Virus record (IMG/VR): IMGVR_UViG_3300045988_108697
From: a virus
DNA: 17,542 nt
Strand: one strand, 5' to 3'
Shown here: piece by piece, positions 7,383-14,560 of the stretch
Layout: each line of letters starts with the position of its first letter
Numbering within the stretch: position 1 is the first letter of the stretch
The notes under the pieces: generated by a model
What the model was told of the DNA's origin: nothing
The model's input: only the letters and a program-made list of their open reading frames with translations
Databases searched by the model: none
Program-made: the position numbers and the translations under genes

Positions 7383-7766
7383 CTATGCTCCTTTGATCTG
7401 GCTCATGGTTTTGTCGATGAACTGCTTGTAGACGCGCCGCCACGCGCCCTCGGTGCCGGCCACGCCCTGGTTGACGAACAGGCGGGGTTTGATGCCCCTT
7501 TTCGGCCACCCGTAGTTGATGACGCCCGCGTAGGGCGCGGACTTGCGGCCGGCGCGGATGACACCGGCCTTCTGTGTCGCGCCCACGCGAATGGATCCGG
7601 CGAGCCTGCCCGACTCGCCGCGCGGCGCGAGCTGCCGGACGGCCGGCAACGCGATGTCCGCGGCCTGCCGGTTCACGTCCTTCAGCTCCTGCATGTCCGC
7701 GCCTGCTTTGCGCATGGTCTGAACGAAACGTTTTTGCCCCACCACGTATGCGGCTTTGGCTGCCAT
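7383..7766 (-). CDS. HK97 gp10-family-like head-tail/tail completion protein (127 aa)
   Basis: The sequence pattern ...LAPRGESGRLAGSIRVGATQKAGVIRAGRKSAPYAGVINYGWPKRGIKP... resembles the gp10 family. Recognised by eye only. Confidence 0.5.
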   Translation of the reverse strand: MAAKAAYVVGQKRFVQTMRKAGADMQELKDVNRQAADIALPAVRQLAPRGESGRLAGSIRVGATQKAGVIRAGRKSAPYAGVINYGWPKRGIKPRLFVNQGVAGTEGAWRRVYKQFIDKTMSQIKGA

Positions 7767-7767
7767 T

Positions 7768-8184
7768 TCAGACCTCGGCGGACGGCGTGTAGGCGGAGTG
7801 CGCGAGTTCGGTCGCGGGGAAACTGAAGTCGTTGCTGTTCTTTGATTTCACGTCGCCGCCGATGCTCACGGGCGAGATGTTCACCTTACCGTTCCACTTG
7901 GTCGCCCCCTTGTTGTTCGGCACCCACTCGAACGGCAGCGTCTGGCCGGCATGGTCGAAGCACCAGTTGGCGAGGTTGTCCGTGTCGAAGTTGTCAACGA
8001 TGGTTCCCTCAAGCGTCCAATCGGTGCTTGAGCTGGTGTCCTGCGAGCCGTCAAGGAAATTGATTGGGTCGTCGGTGTTGTTCGACGCCACCAACTGCAC
8101 CTTGGTGACTTCGGCGCTGAAGTCGCGCCCTGTGCCGTCGTCAGTAATGGTGAGCTTGCCCGGTCCAAGGGTTCTTGTCGCCAT
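7768..8184 (-). CDS. Major tail (tube) protein candidate (138 aa)
   Basis: Small acidic beta-rich protein (MATRTLGPGKLTITDDGTGRDFSAEV...) between the neck genes and the chaperones. SD AAAGGA. Confidence 0.6.
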   Translation of the reverse strand: MATRTLGPGKLTITDDGTGRDFSAEVTKVQLVASNNTDDPINFLDGSQDTSSSTDWTLEGTIVDNFDTDNLANWCFDHAGQTLPFEWVPNNKGATKWNGKVNISPVSIGGDVKSKNSNDFSFPATELAHSAYTPSAEV

Positions 8185-8197
8185 GATTGTGTCCTTT

Positions 8198-8569
8198 CTA
8201 TGAATCCAATGGATTGAGGGTTATGGTGTAGGCGGCCAGGCTGCCCACTCCGGTCAGGTTGAACGTGCTGGGTTTCGCGTCCCGCAAGTTCACTTGGCGG
8301 TCGTGCAAGCGTTGCACGCCGTCGGTCAACAGGTCCAAGGCGAGCGTCTGCGTGGCCATGGTGCCGGCGATGAGGTTAACCGTCCAAGTGATGGTCTGCA
8401 TATGCCAGCCCTCGAAAGTGAGTTCCGGCGGGTCTATCAGCACCGCTATTCTGCCTGGCAACGGGCGGGCGTCCTGCGCGTCGATGGTGACGACGCAAGC
8501 GAGGTCGCCCAGGGCGTCCGTCAGCATGTCCATAAGGGCTTCGCGCTCTCGTGTTACTTGGCTGCTCAT
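8198..8569 (-). CDS. Neck / tail-terminator-position protein (123 aa from ATG 8569)
   Basis: ATG 8569 overlaps the upstream stop (ATGA at 8566-8569). The track start at 8620 would overlap the connector gene by 55 nt. Function is assigned by position only. Confidence 0.5.
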   Translation of the reverse strand: MSSQVTREREALMDMLTDALGDLACVVTIDAQDARPLPGRIAVLIDPPELTFEGWHMQTITWTVNLIAGTMATQTLALDLLTDGVQRLHDRQVNLRDAKPSTFNLTGVGSLAAYTITLNPLDS

Positions 8570-8913
8570 GCGATCACCACGCTCCCGGTCAGGATGCCGG
8601 CCGCGTTGAGCTTGGGCCACACGCTGCGCAACGGGTCGCTTGACACCCTGTAGGGTTCAAGCGAGCCGTCGCCAACAGCCATGACACCCAACCGGGCGTC
8701 ACGACTGTTGTACAGGTCGGCGGCGCATGACGTGATGCAGTCGGCGCGCACGGTGTCATCCACCGTGTGCCCGTCTATCGCGCTGTCCACGTAGCTGATG
8801 GCGCTGGTGATGGCGCGTTGCACTCGGTCGGCGTCGCCGGCCGGGACTCCGATTTCGTCACGCACCGACGCTTCGTATTTTTTCCAGTCCATCAAGGCTG
8901 TGACTCCTTTCAT
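8566..8913 (-). CDS. Head-tail connector/adaptor (gp6-like, 115 aa)
   Basis: The pattern ...VRDEIGVPAGDADRVQRAITSAISYVDSAI...LYNSRDARLGV... is typical of gp6-like adaptors. It sits downstream of the capsid module. Confidence 0.55.
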   Translation of the reverse strand: MKGVTALMDWKKYEASVRDEIGVPAGDADRVQRAITSAISYVDSAIDGHTVDDTVRADCITSCAADLYNSRDARLGVMAVGDGSLEPYRVSSDPLRSVWPKLNAAGILTGSVVIA

Positions 8914-8949
8914 GATGGTTGCTATGGATGGTGCAGAGTGCGAGGGAGG

Positions 8950-9300
8950 TTAGTCGATTTTGTACAGGCGGGGCGTGATCAACGCGTCCATGTCGCCTAT
9001 GGTGTTGACGAAGATGTTCGTGTCGAACGTGCCGGCCGGCATGGTTTTAGGCCCGTAATTGTTGGGGTCGAACGTGATGGATTCGCCCCCGTCGTCCGGT
9101 CTGAGCGTGGCTTGGATGCCGAAGACCCAACTGTTAGGGCCATGGGGGAAGTCCGAAGCCTCTAGCGTGTACGTTCCCGCGTCCAGATGCACCGAACTAT
9201 GCAAGTCCGCCCATGAGTCAGCTGCTGCATTGGTGGAGCCTTTAAACCGGTACGTGCCCGGTGTCGTTTCCGTGACCGTAATCCCCGGGTTGGCACCCAA
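8950..9300 (-). CDS. Jelly-roll / carbohydrate-binding-like domain ORF, paralogous to the C-terminal half of ORF 9339-9863. Probably expressed only as a frameshift fusion.
   Basis: The only start is TTG at 9300 with no SD. The frame stays open upstream (YELANLYPRVTGLPKT) to the poly-G run at about 9357. Domain similarity: ITVTETTPGTYRFKGS / LTATVNSDGSLHVTGA and MPAGTFDTNIFVNT / IPAGTVSLFLNV. Confidence 0.65.
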   Translation of the reverse strand: MGANPGITVTETTPGTYRFKGSTNAAADSWADLHSSVHLDAGTYTLEASDFPHGPNSWVFGIQATLRPDDGGESITFDPNNYGPKTMPAGTFDTNIFVNTIGDMDALITPRLYKID

Positions 9301-9338
9301 CGTTTTAGGCAGGCCTGTGACACGCGGATACAGGTTCG

Positions 9339-9863
9339 CTAGTTCATACCCCCCCCCTTAAGGCTCGTGTTGTCGGGTCGCATCCAATCGTGCGCGGTAG
9401 TACCGGATTCCAACTGGATTCGGAGGTCGCCGTCCTTCGCGGTGGGCGTGGCCTCGTTGGAGATGACGTTGAGGAACAGGCTGACGGTGCCGGCAGGGAT
9501 TGCCATGACACTGTTACCCAAGTTTATTTGGTCTCCCAGTTGATGCCCCTTGGCGTCGAGGCACTTGATGTTGAAGTTCAAACCGGCGATACTAGTGCCG
9601 CTGAGTTTCACGGTGCCATGTACCGGGCATGGGAACGTCCACGACAGGCCATGCCATTGACCGGTGGCGGCGCCGGTGACATGCAATGACCCGTCACTGT
9701 TAACGGTGGCGGTCAAACCGCTGCCCGACGCGGGGCCATAAGACAACAGGTTACGGGAGAGCACTGTGACGGGCACGACGGTTTTTACCGCTGGATTGAC
9801 GGTGCTGGATATCGTCACGTCGGTTTTTCCCGGTTGTTTCCCGGTGATGGTGATGGTGGTCAT
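9339..9863 (-). CDS. Decoration-type protein: C-terminal third of a Big_2 Ig-like domain plus a jelly-roll/CBM-like domain (174 aa)
   Basis: TTITITGKQPGKTDVTISSTVNPAVKTVVPVTV matches the last strands of a Big_2 domain. The C-terminal ...DLRIQLESGTTAHDWMRPDN resembles the LEKG..ATDW end motif of phage fibre jelly-roll domains. SD GAGGTGA lies 5 nt before the ATG. Confidence 0.75.
   Translation of the reverse strand: MTTITITGKQPGKTDVTISSTVNPAVKTVVPVTVLSRNLLSYGPASGSGLTATVNSDGSLHVTGAATGQWHGLSWTFPCPVHGTVKLSGTSIAGLNFNIKCLDAKGHQLGDQINLGNSVMAIPAGTVSLFLNVISNEATPTAKDGDLRIQLESGTTAHDWMRPDNTSLKGGGMN
9349..9357 (-). repeat. Homopolymeric tract: poly-G on the coding strand, poly-C on plus
   Basis: The run lies three codons (9 nt) before the TAG of ORF 9339-9863. 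Three track ORFs (9339..9863, 9059..9361, 9390..9689) are only consistent with nine residues. My manual count of the printed text gave eight, so the length is uncertain by one. Confidence 0.8.
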
Positions 9864-10027
9864 TGGATCACCTCGATGTCGATAAGGTCGGTGCCGGCAG
9901 TGGTGGCGGTCACGGTCTGTGGCGCTGTGTCTGGTGTGATTGTGGCTTTGATCTCGGTATTATCGCCCGCGGTGATGGTTACACTGGTCGGCGTAGTGCT
10001 AAGGCCCGTGGGCGTCACCCTTTTGGG
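9860..10027 (-). CDS. -1 frameshift extension of the major capsid protein, carrying the N-terminal two thirds of a Big_2 Ig-like domain (about 53 aa)
   Basis: The -1 frame is open from 10048 to TGA 9862-9860. It reads PK-RVTPTGLSTTPTSVTITAGDNTEIKATITPDTAPQTVTATTAGTDLIDIEVIQ. No usable start codon gives 60 aa or more, so it is absent from the ORF track. Confidence 0.6.
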   Translation of the reverse strand, partial: PKRVTPTGLSTTPTSVTITAGDNTEIKATITPDTAPQTVTATTAGTDLIDIEVIQ

Positions 10028-11589
10028 AACTTCACCGGAATGAGGCCGTCAACGTTGGTGGCCGCAACCGCCATGTAGCCGTAGACGCTGTAGTTCTCGG
10101 TTAGCTTGGTGGGGTCTCCGTCGCTGAGCTGGGTCGGGCCGCCGCTTTCCCATACCGTCACCGATTCGGGGTCGATGAAGCACGCCGTGCCGTTCGGGGC
10201 CTTCGGCAGCATTTGCACCGGCAGCCGAAGGAACTTGCCGGCGATGCCGGTCAGGTCGAAGTTGCCGATGGTGTCCGATCCGTCGCCGGACAGGTCGAAG
10301 AATCGGGAACCGCTGTCTTTCAAGGCGATAAGCGAGGCCATAACGTCTTTGCTGACGCCAAGACGGGTGAGGTTCACGTTACGGTCGTCGGCCAGTTCGG
10401 CGGCGTTCATAATCAGCGTGGCCCACTGGTCGATGGTCATGGCCGCAAGCGTGGCGGGCGCGTCAATCTTGTTGGCGTTCTTTGTCGCGTCGCGCTGAGA
10501 GGCGATGGTGCCGTACAGGTAGTTGCGGACGGCGGTTTCGGTCGCCTTCGCGTAGGCGTTGCGCAATGCGGCCAGTGCCGTGTTGAGCATAGGCGTGGTG
10601 GAACGCTCGATTACCTGACGGCTCAGGGTGGTGTAGCCGCCGTAGGTGTCGATTGACACGCTCTTGGTGCCGAACGTGACCTTGCCGAACTGCAACGCGG
10701 CGCCCTCGTTCTCCTGCTTGTCCACCGTGGCGGTGTCGGACGCCACCACGTTGTATTCCATCGTCATGCCCTTGTCCGGCAGCGTGTCATGGGTGAGGAT
10801 ATTGGTCACCTTGCGGCGCTGCTCGATCAGTCGCAAATCATCCCTAATCCATGCCACCTTGTTGCCGGTGTCGCCGGTGGCGATGAGGTCGCGGCACTCG
10901 TGCATGAGCTGCACTGCCGCTTCGTCGCCACGGTAGAGCGCCTGAAGATAGTCGCCGGCCGTGCGATACTCAGCGCCCATGACCTTGGCCGGCTCACTGT
11001 CGGTGTTCCTGGCAATGGCGGCTTTCATGCTGCGCTGTTCGTCCATGATGCCGTTCAGCTTGTCGTTGATTTCGTTGAGGTCCATTTCGTTTCCTTTCTG
11101 GTTTCCGGTTTCCCTCATGTTTTCGTGGGTAGTTTCGCTGCTGCGCTGCGAAGTGATCTTCGCGGCCTCGTAGGCCGGCCACGACACCACCGAAACCTCC
11201 AACAATCGGACGCGTCTGCGGTGGGTAACGCCCTGCTTGTCCACCTCGTCGTCAATCGGCATGAAGCCGACGCTGAGCGAGTCCAGCGCGCCGTCGCGCA
11301 ACAGGGCCACCACGTCCCGGCCGCGCTGCGTGTCGCTGATATGCGCCGTGATATGCAAGCCGTCCTCTTGGGGGTGTGCGTCGAGGATACGGCCGATAAG
11401 CTCCCCGTGCTGATAGCAGAGCTTCGCCGTGTCCGTGTCGTCGAAAACGCAATCGGCGTCGAACGTCTCGGCACCGTCCCATGTGCTGATGACGCTGCCG
11501 TAGGGCACGGCCACACCCTCCAACGTGTGCCCGTCGCCCTCTTCGGCCGCGCGTAGGCACACGCCCTTAAACCCGATTTCATGCTTCAT
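10015..11589 (-). CDS. Fused prohead protease (HK97 S78/U35-like), scaffold-like linker and HK97-fold major capsid protein (524 aa)
   Basis: The N-terminal roughly 145 aa (...EGVAVPYGSVISTWDGAETF...LCYQHGELIGRI...DGLHITAHISDTQRGRDVVALLRDGALDSLSVGF...LLEVSVVSWPAYEAAKI) matches the prohead protease pattern. A charged coiled segment follows. The remainder is capsid-like (...SVSIDTYGGYTTLSRQVIERS...). Confidence 0.85.
   Translation of the reverse strand: MKHEIGFKGVCLRAAEEGDGHTLEGVAVPYGSVISTWDGAETFDADCVFDDTDTAKLCYQHGELIGRILDAHPQEDGLHITAHISDTQRGRDVVALLRDGALDSLSVGFMPIDDEVDKQGVTHRRRVRLLEVSVVSWPAYEAAKITSQRSSETTHENMRETGNQKGNEMDLNEINDKLNGIMDEQRSMKAAIARNTDSEPAKVMGAEYRTAGDYLQALYRGDEAAVQLMHECRDLIATGDTGNKVAWIRDDLRLIEQRRKVTNILTHDTLPDKGMTMEYNVVASDTATVDKQENEGAALQFGKVTFGTKSVSIDTYGGYTTLSRQVIERSTTPMLNTALAALRNAYAKATETAVRNYLYGTIASQRDATKNANKIDAPATLAAMTIDQWATLIMNAAELADDRNVNLTRLGVSKDVMASLIALKDSGSRFFDLSGDGSDTIGNFDLTGIAGKFLRLPVQMLPKAPNGTACFIDPESVTVWESGGPTQLSDGDPTKLTENYSVYGYMAVAATNVDGLIPVKFPKG
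10021..10027 (-). promoter_or_regulatory. Candidate -1 slippery heptamer C_CCA_AAA at the end of the capsid gene
   Basis: The minus strand reads ttC CCA AAA ggg tga. The heptamer is in the correct X_XXY_YYZ phase and ends 3 nt before the stop codon. Confidence 0.6.
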
Positions 11590-12721
11590 TCTGCGTCTCC
11601 TGTTCCTGTGGCTGCTCCTGTGGTTCCGGTTGCGGTACCGCGATGAGAGGCGGCAACGCCTCCCTTGCGCGCACCTCGTTCACGTCCATCCACCCGGCCT
11701 CTATCGCCGTCTTGTAGGCGTTGAACCGGTCGGCCATATCGGCGCGGCGGCTGCTGTCCCAGTCGAACGCGGCCGTGCGGCCCCTCGGCAACAAACGGTT
11801 GAAAAGTTCCTCTATCTCGCCCGCATAAGCCGCCAACGTGTAATCGGCGAACTCAATCCAGCTTTGCTCGATATTCGAGTAAGTAAGGTTGCTGCCGTCA
11901 ACGGCCGCCAACATGATGCTCGCCGGGATGCCTAGAAGCCGCGCGATCTGAGTGGTGTCGAACTTCTGAGTCTCTAAAAACTGCAAGTCCGCCGGTTTCA
12001 TGTCCAAGGGCACGTATTTGAGTTTCGAGCCGAGCACCTTCACGTCGCCGGCCTCACCCGTGGCTTTCCACGCCTCCTTGGCGTCCTTGGCCACCTGCGG
12101 CGTCACCTTTTCCTCCGTCTGCAAATAGCCCTTGAGGTTGCTACCGTCGCTATAGAACTTGGCCTTGTAGGTGCGGGCCATCTGCGCGGCCTCCACCTCC
12201 TCACGCGCCGCCGAGATTGGCCCAAGCCCACGCAACCGGCCCGGTACGTTCAAAAACTTGCAATGAACGATCTGGTCGGCTGTGTAATCATGGCCCAGAT
12301 AGCTATAGCGGAGCTTGGGCGCGGCCGGGTCGTTGCCGTCGTCGCTCACGGTCACGAGGGATGGTGGAAGCACCTCGCAAGAGACCACTTCGCCATCGAA
12401 ACGCACCAATCGCACGAAAGCGTTCCCGTCCAAGGTCATGCTTGCCACCATGTCCGCGAGGAAGTCGCGGCGGCTGCGGTTCACGTCCGGCTGAAGCACG
12501 ATGGAGGAAACCGTGTCGAGCTTCACGCCTCCCCTGATTTCATGGATGGGCAAACCGGTGATGGCGGTTTGCAGCACTTGCACGCCACGGAACACGGTTG
12601 AGAGGCTCAACGGGTCGCAGTTCCCCAATCGTGCGGGCGGCTTGATGCCGTCCGGCATGTCCGCGTCGGCACCGCGCGTCAGCACGCGGCCCGCCATTCT
12701 CACACGCTCCCAAATGTTCAT
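11579..12721 (-). CDS. Portal protein (HK97-type); ATG 12721 preferred over the track TTG start at 12760
   Basis: It lies between TerL and the protease-capsid gene and has portal-like length and composition. Its 3' end overlaps the capsid start by 11 nt. Confidence 0.85.
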   Translation of the reverse strand: MNIWERVRMAGRVLTRGADADMPDGIKPPARLGNCDPLSLSTVFRGVQVLQTAITGLPIHEIRGGVKLDTVSSIVLQPDVNRSRRDFLADMVASMTLDGNAFVRLVRFDGEVVSCEVLPPSLVTVSDDGNDPAAPKLRYSYLGHDYTADQIVHCKFLNVPGRLRGLGPISAAREEVEAAQMARTYKAKFYSDGSNLKGYLQTEEKVTPQVAKDAKEAWKATGEAGDVKVLGSKLKYVPLDMKPADLQFLETQKFDTTQIARLLGIPASIMLAAVDGSNLTYSNIEQSWIEFADYTLAAYAGEIEELFNRLLPRGRTAAFDWDSSRRADMADRFNAYKTAIEAGWMDVNEVRAREALPPLIAVPQPEPQEQPQEQETQNEA

Positions 12722-12770
12722 GCGGCCAAGTATCACCGCCAAGCGCCAAGCCCGCCACAAGCCCGCCGCC

Positions 12771-12800
12771 TAACGCCGCATAATGCCGCATAATGCCGCC
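12771..12800. repeat. Three tandem 10-mers (TAAYGCCGCM) in the TerL-portal spacer, preceded by CGCCAAG x2 (12737-12750)
   Basis: taacgccgca / taatgccgca / taatgccgcc read directly. cgccaagcgccaag lies upstream. Confidence 0.9.
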
Positions 12801-12812
12801 ACGCGACGACGG

Positions 12813-14258
12813 TTAGTAGATTTGCAGCGGCCCCGTTTCCTCGGGCCTGTGGGCGGCTCCCCAAGCCGCCAACATGCAGCTTTCCAACGGTGACGTTAGG
12901 CCGGTGCTTCCTCGTCGGCTCACGCGCCATGCGTCGCCGGCCCATTTGCGCGCCGAGTTCGCGGCGCTGGCGTCCAACTCGGGGTCTGCCGCGTGGGTTA
13001 TCGCGTGGTTAGCCAAGCCGGCAACGAAACTTTGTCCGGTGGTCAGGTAGTCGCCCGCGTCCATGTCCACGAACCGCAGCAGCGGGTCGCCCGCGTCGTC
13101 GGTCATGTGGCGCAACCGGTCGGACAAATCGGCGGCGGTGCCGCGCGCGTCGATCACCACCGGAGCGCCGTACTTCGAGCACAAGCGGGTGAGTTCGGTC
13201 GGCGCGTACCCGGTGCCGTCCAAGATTCTCAGCAATTGCACCGTTATGGTGCCGTCATTGTTGGCGATGCCAGCCGAAACGCTCGTGTGCGTCCCGTCCA
13301 CGTCCACCGCGACGCCGAACACCACCGGCCGGCCGTCCAAGTCGCCGGGCGTCACCGGTGCCGTTACCGTAGCCGCCCACAACGCCTCGTCTATCGCCCT
13401 GTCGGTTATGCCCTCGTCCCGACGGTTGCCGAACGCGCGCGCCCAACCTGCCGGGTTGCCCTGGAACTGTTCGCGGAAGTCGGCCAACTGCGCCTTGTTC
13501 CACAAGAGTCCGGCGGCTGGATGATAGCGCATGATGCTGTCCAGATTCTCCGGATCTTCGTCGGCTGGCAACCCGAAGTCGAACCAACACGTGCGGCGCG
13601 ACTGTTCGCCAGCCCTGCAAGCGTCAAGTCTACGGTTGAAGAACGTCGATTCTGCCGTTCCCTCGGTGCTGGTTATCCATAGCTGCGGCTGCACGCCGGT
13701 GGCCTTAAGCCTTGTCGCCATGGTCGGCATGAAGCCATCCAAAATGGTGTTTCCGGTTTCCTCGGACAATGAAAACGCCTCGTCCAACGTGATTTTGTCG
13801 CCTTGGACGCCGTGCCCCGCAACCTTGGTAACGCTCTTTGGCATTATCACGCTGCCATTGGCGAACGGCTGGCGCAAGTCGCCCGCGCCGAGATACGGCC
13901 GTGTGGTTATTGCGGCAAGCGGCGAGCTGCCGAGCGTTTTCAGATATTTCTTGAAGTGGTCGCCCGCGTCCTTGCCCGTCTGCGCCAAATAATAGATAAA
14001 ACGATCCGGTCCCCACTGCGAGTTGCGCGTGTCCACCGCGTCCACAAGCGTGCTTTTTCCACACTGTCGCGGTGTGCTCAAGATCACCGTGTCATAGAAG
14101 TAAGTGCCTGTGTTCGGGTCTATTTCACCCGCCACGTCGGCCACCAACCGTTGCCATGGCAGCAGAGGCGTGCCAAGCAACCGGGCGAACTTGGCGACTA
14201 TATGGCCGTCGGTGCGGCGGTCCGGGTTTCGCTGGGTGCCGCCGCGCAATGGCGTCAT
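12813..14258 (-). CDS. terL: Terminase large subunit (481 aa from ATG 14258)
   Basis: Walker A STPRQCGKST and Walker B KITLDEAF. ATG 14258 overlaps the TerS stop (ATGA 14255-14258). The Arg-rich N-terminal extension in the track (to 14432) lies inside terS. Confidence 0.92.
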   Translation of the reverse strand: MTPLRGGTQRNPDRRTDGHIVAKFARLLGTPLLPWQRLVADVAGEIDPNTGTYFYDTVILSTPRQCGKSTLVDAVDTRNSQWGPDRFIYYLAQTGKDAGDHFKKYLKTLGSSPLAAITTRPYLGAGDLRQPFANGSVIMPKSVTKVAGHGVQGDKITLDEAFSLSEETGNTILDGFMPTMATRLKATGVQPQLWITSTEGTAESTFFNRRLDACRAGEQSRRTCWFDFGLPADEDPENLDSIMRYHPAAGLLWNKAQLADFREQFQGNPAGWARAFGNRRDEGITDRAIDEALWAATVTAPVTPGDLDGRPVVFGVAVDVDGTHTSVSAGIANNDGTITVQLLRILDGTGYAPTELTRLCSKYGAPVVIDARGTAADLSDRLRHMTDDAGDPLLRFVDMDAGDYLTTGQSFVAGLANHAITHAADPELDASAANSARKWAGDAWRVSRRGSTGLTSPLESCMLAAWGAAHRPEETGPLQIY

Positions 14259-14560
14259 GCCTGTGCCTCTTCCAGCAGACTGGCAAGAGCGGGGTCGATT
14301 TCCTGCCTTGACTGAAACTCGGTTTTCAATTCCTGGTACCACGCCAAGAGCTGGGCCATGACACGGCTCGTGTCGCGTCCTTTGACGTTCAGCGCGTCGA
14401 AATTGCGGGCAATGTTGATCATGGTCTTGCACACGTACTTGGCGTTAGGGTCAAGCTGCCTGTCGCCCACGAAACTCTCGATAAGCTCCTTGGTGGCGCG
14501 TTCCTGCAAGCCCTCGTTGGGACCATAATAATCATTGAAACCGTCCAAGGTCATTTGCAT
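14255..14560 (-). CDS. terS: Terminase small subunit candidate (P27-like size, 101 aa)
   Basis: It is immediately upstream of terL and translationally coupled to it. Strong SD AAGGAGG. It follows an HNH gene and an AT-rich spacer, as in HNH-dependent cos phages. Confidence 0.65.
   Translation of the reverse strand: MQMTLDGFNDYYGPNEGLQERATKELIESFVGDRQLDPNAKYVCKTMINIARNFDALNVKGRDTSRVMAQLLAWYQELKTEFQSRQEIDPALASLLEEAQA

Noticed and set aside
9349-9421. Discrepancy between my manual reading of the printed sequence and the ORF track. I read an 8-C run at 9349-9356 and ...gattccgg... at the 9420/9421 line break. Three track ORFs require a 9-C run and ...gattcgg...
   Set aside because: - I cannot resolve this without tools. 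The two differences cancel in length.
- Three independent track ORFs (9339..9863, 9059..9361, 9390..9689) agree with each other, so I used the track frames.
- I flag the tract length as uncertain by one.
- It is not evidence of biological heterogeneity.
9860-9900. A second programmed -1 ribosomal frameshift at the Ig-N / Ig-C junction
   Set aside because: - No XXXYYYZ heptamer exists in the stretch where both frames are open.
- The downstream ORF has its own SD and ATG.
- Reinitiation, a split protein or an indel are more economical explanations.
12813-14432. N-terminal extensions given by the ORF track for TerL (to 14432), portal (to 12760, TTG), the neck protein (to 8620) and the Xis-like ORF (to 15621, TTG)
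   Set aside because: - The extensions are Arg-rich or overlap the preceding gene.
- Internal ATG/GTG starts form the ATGA/GTGA couplings used throughout this genome.
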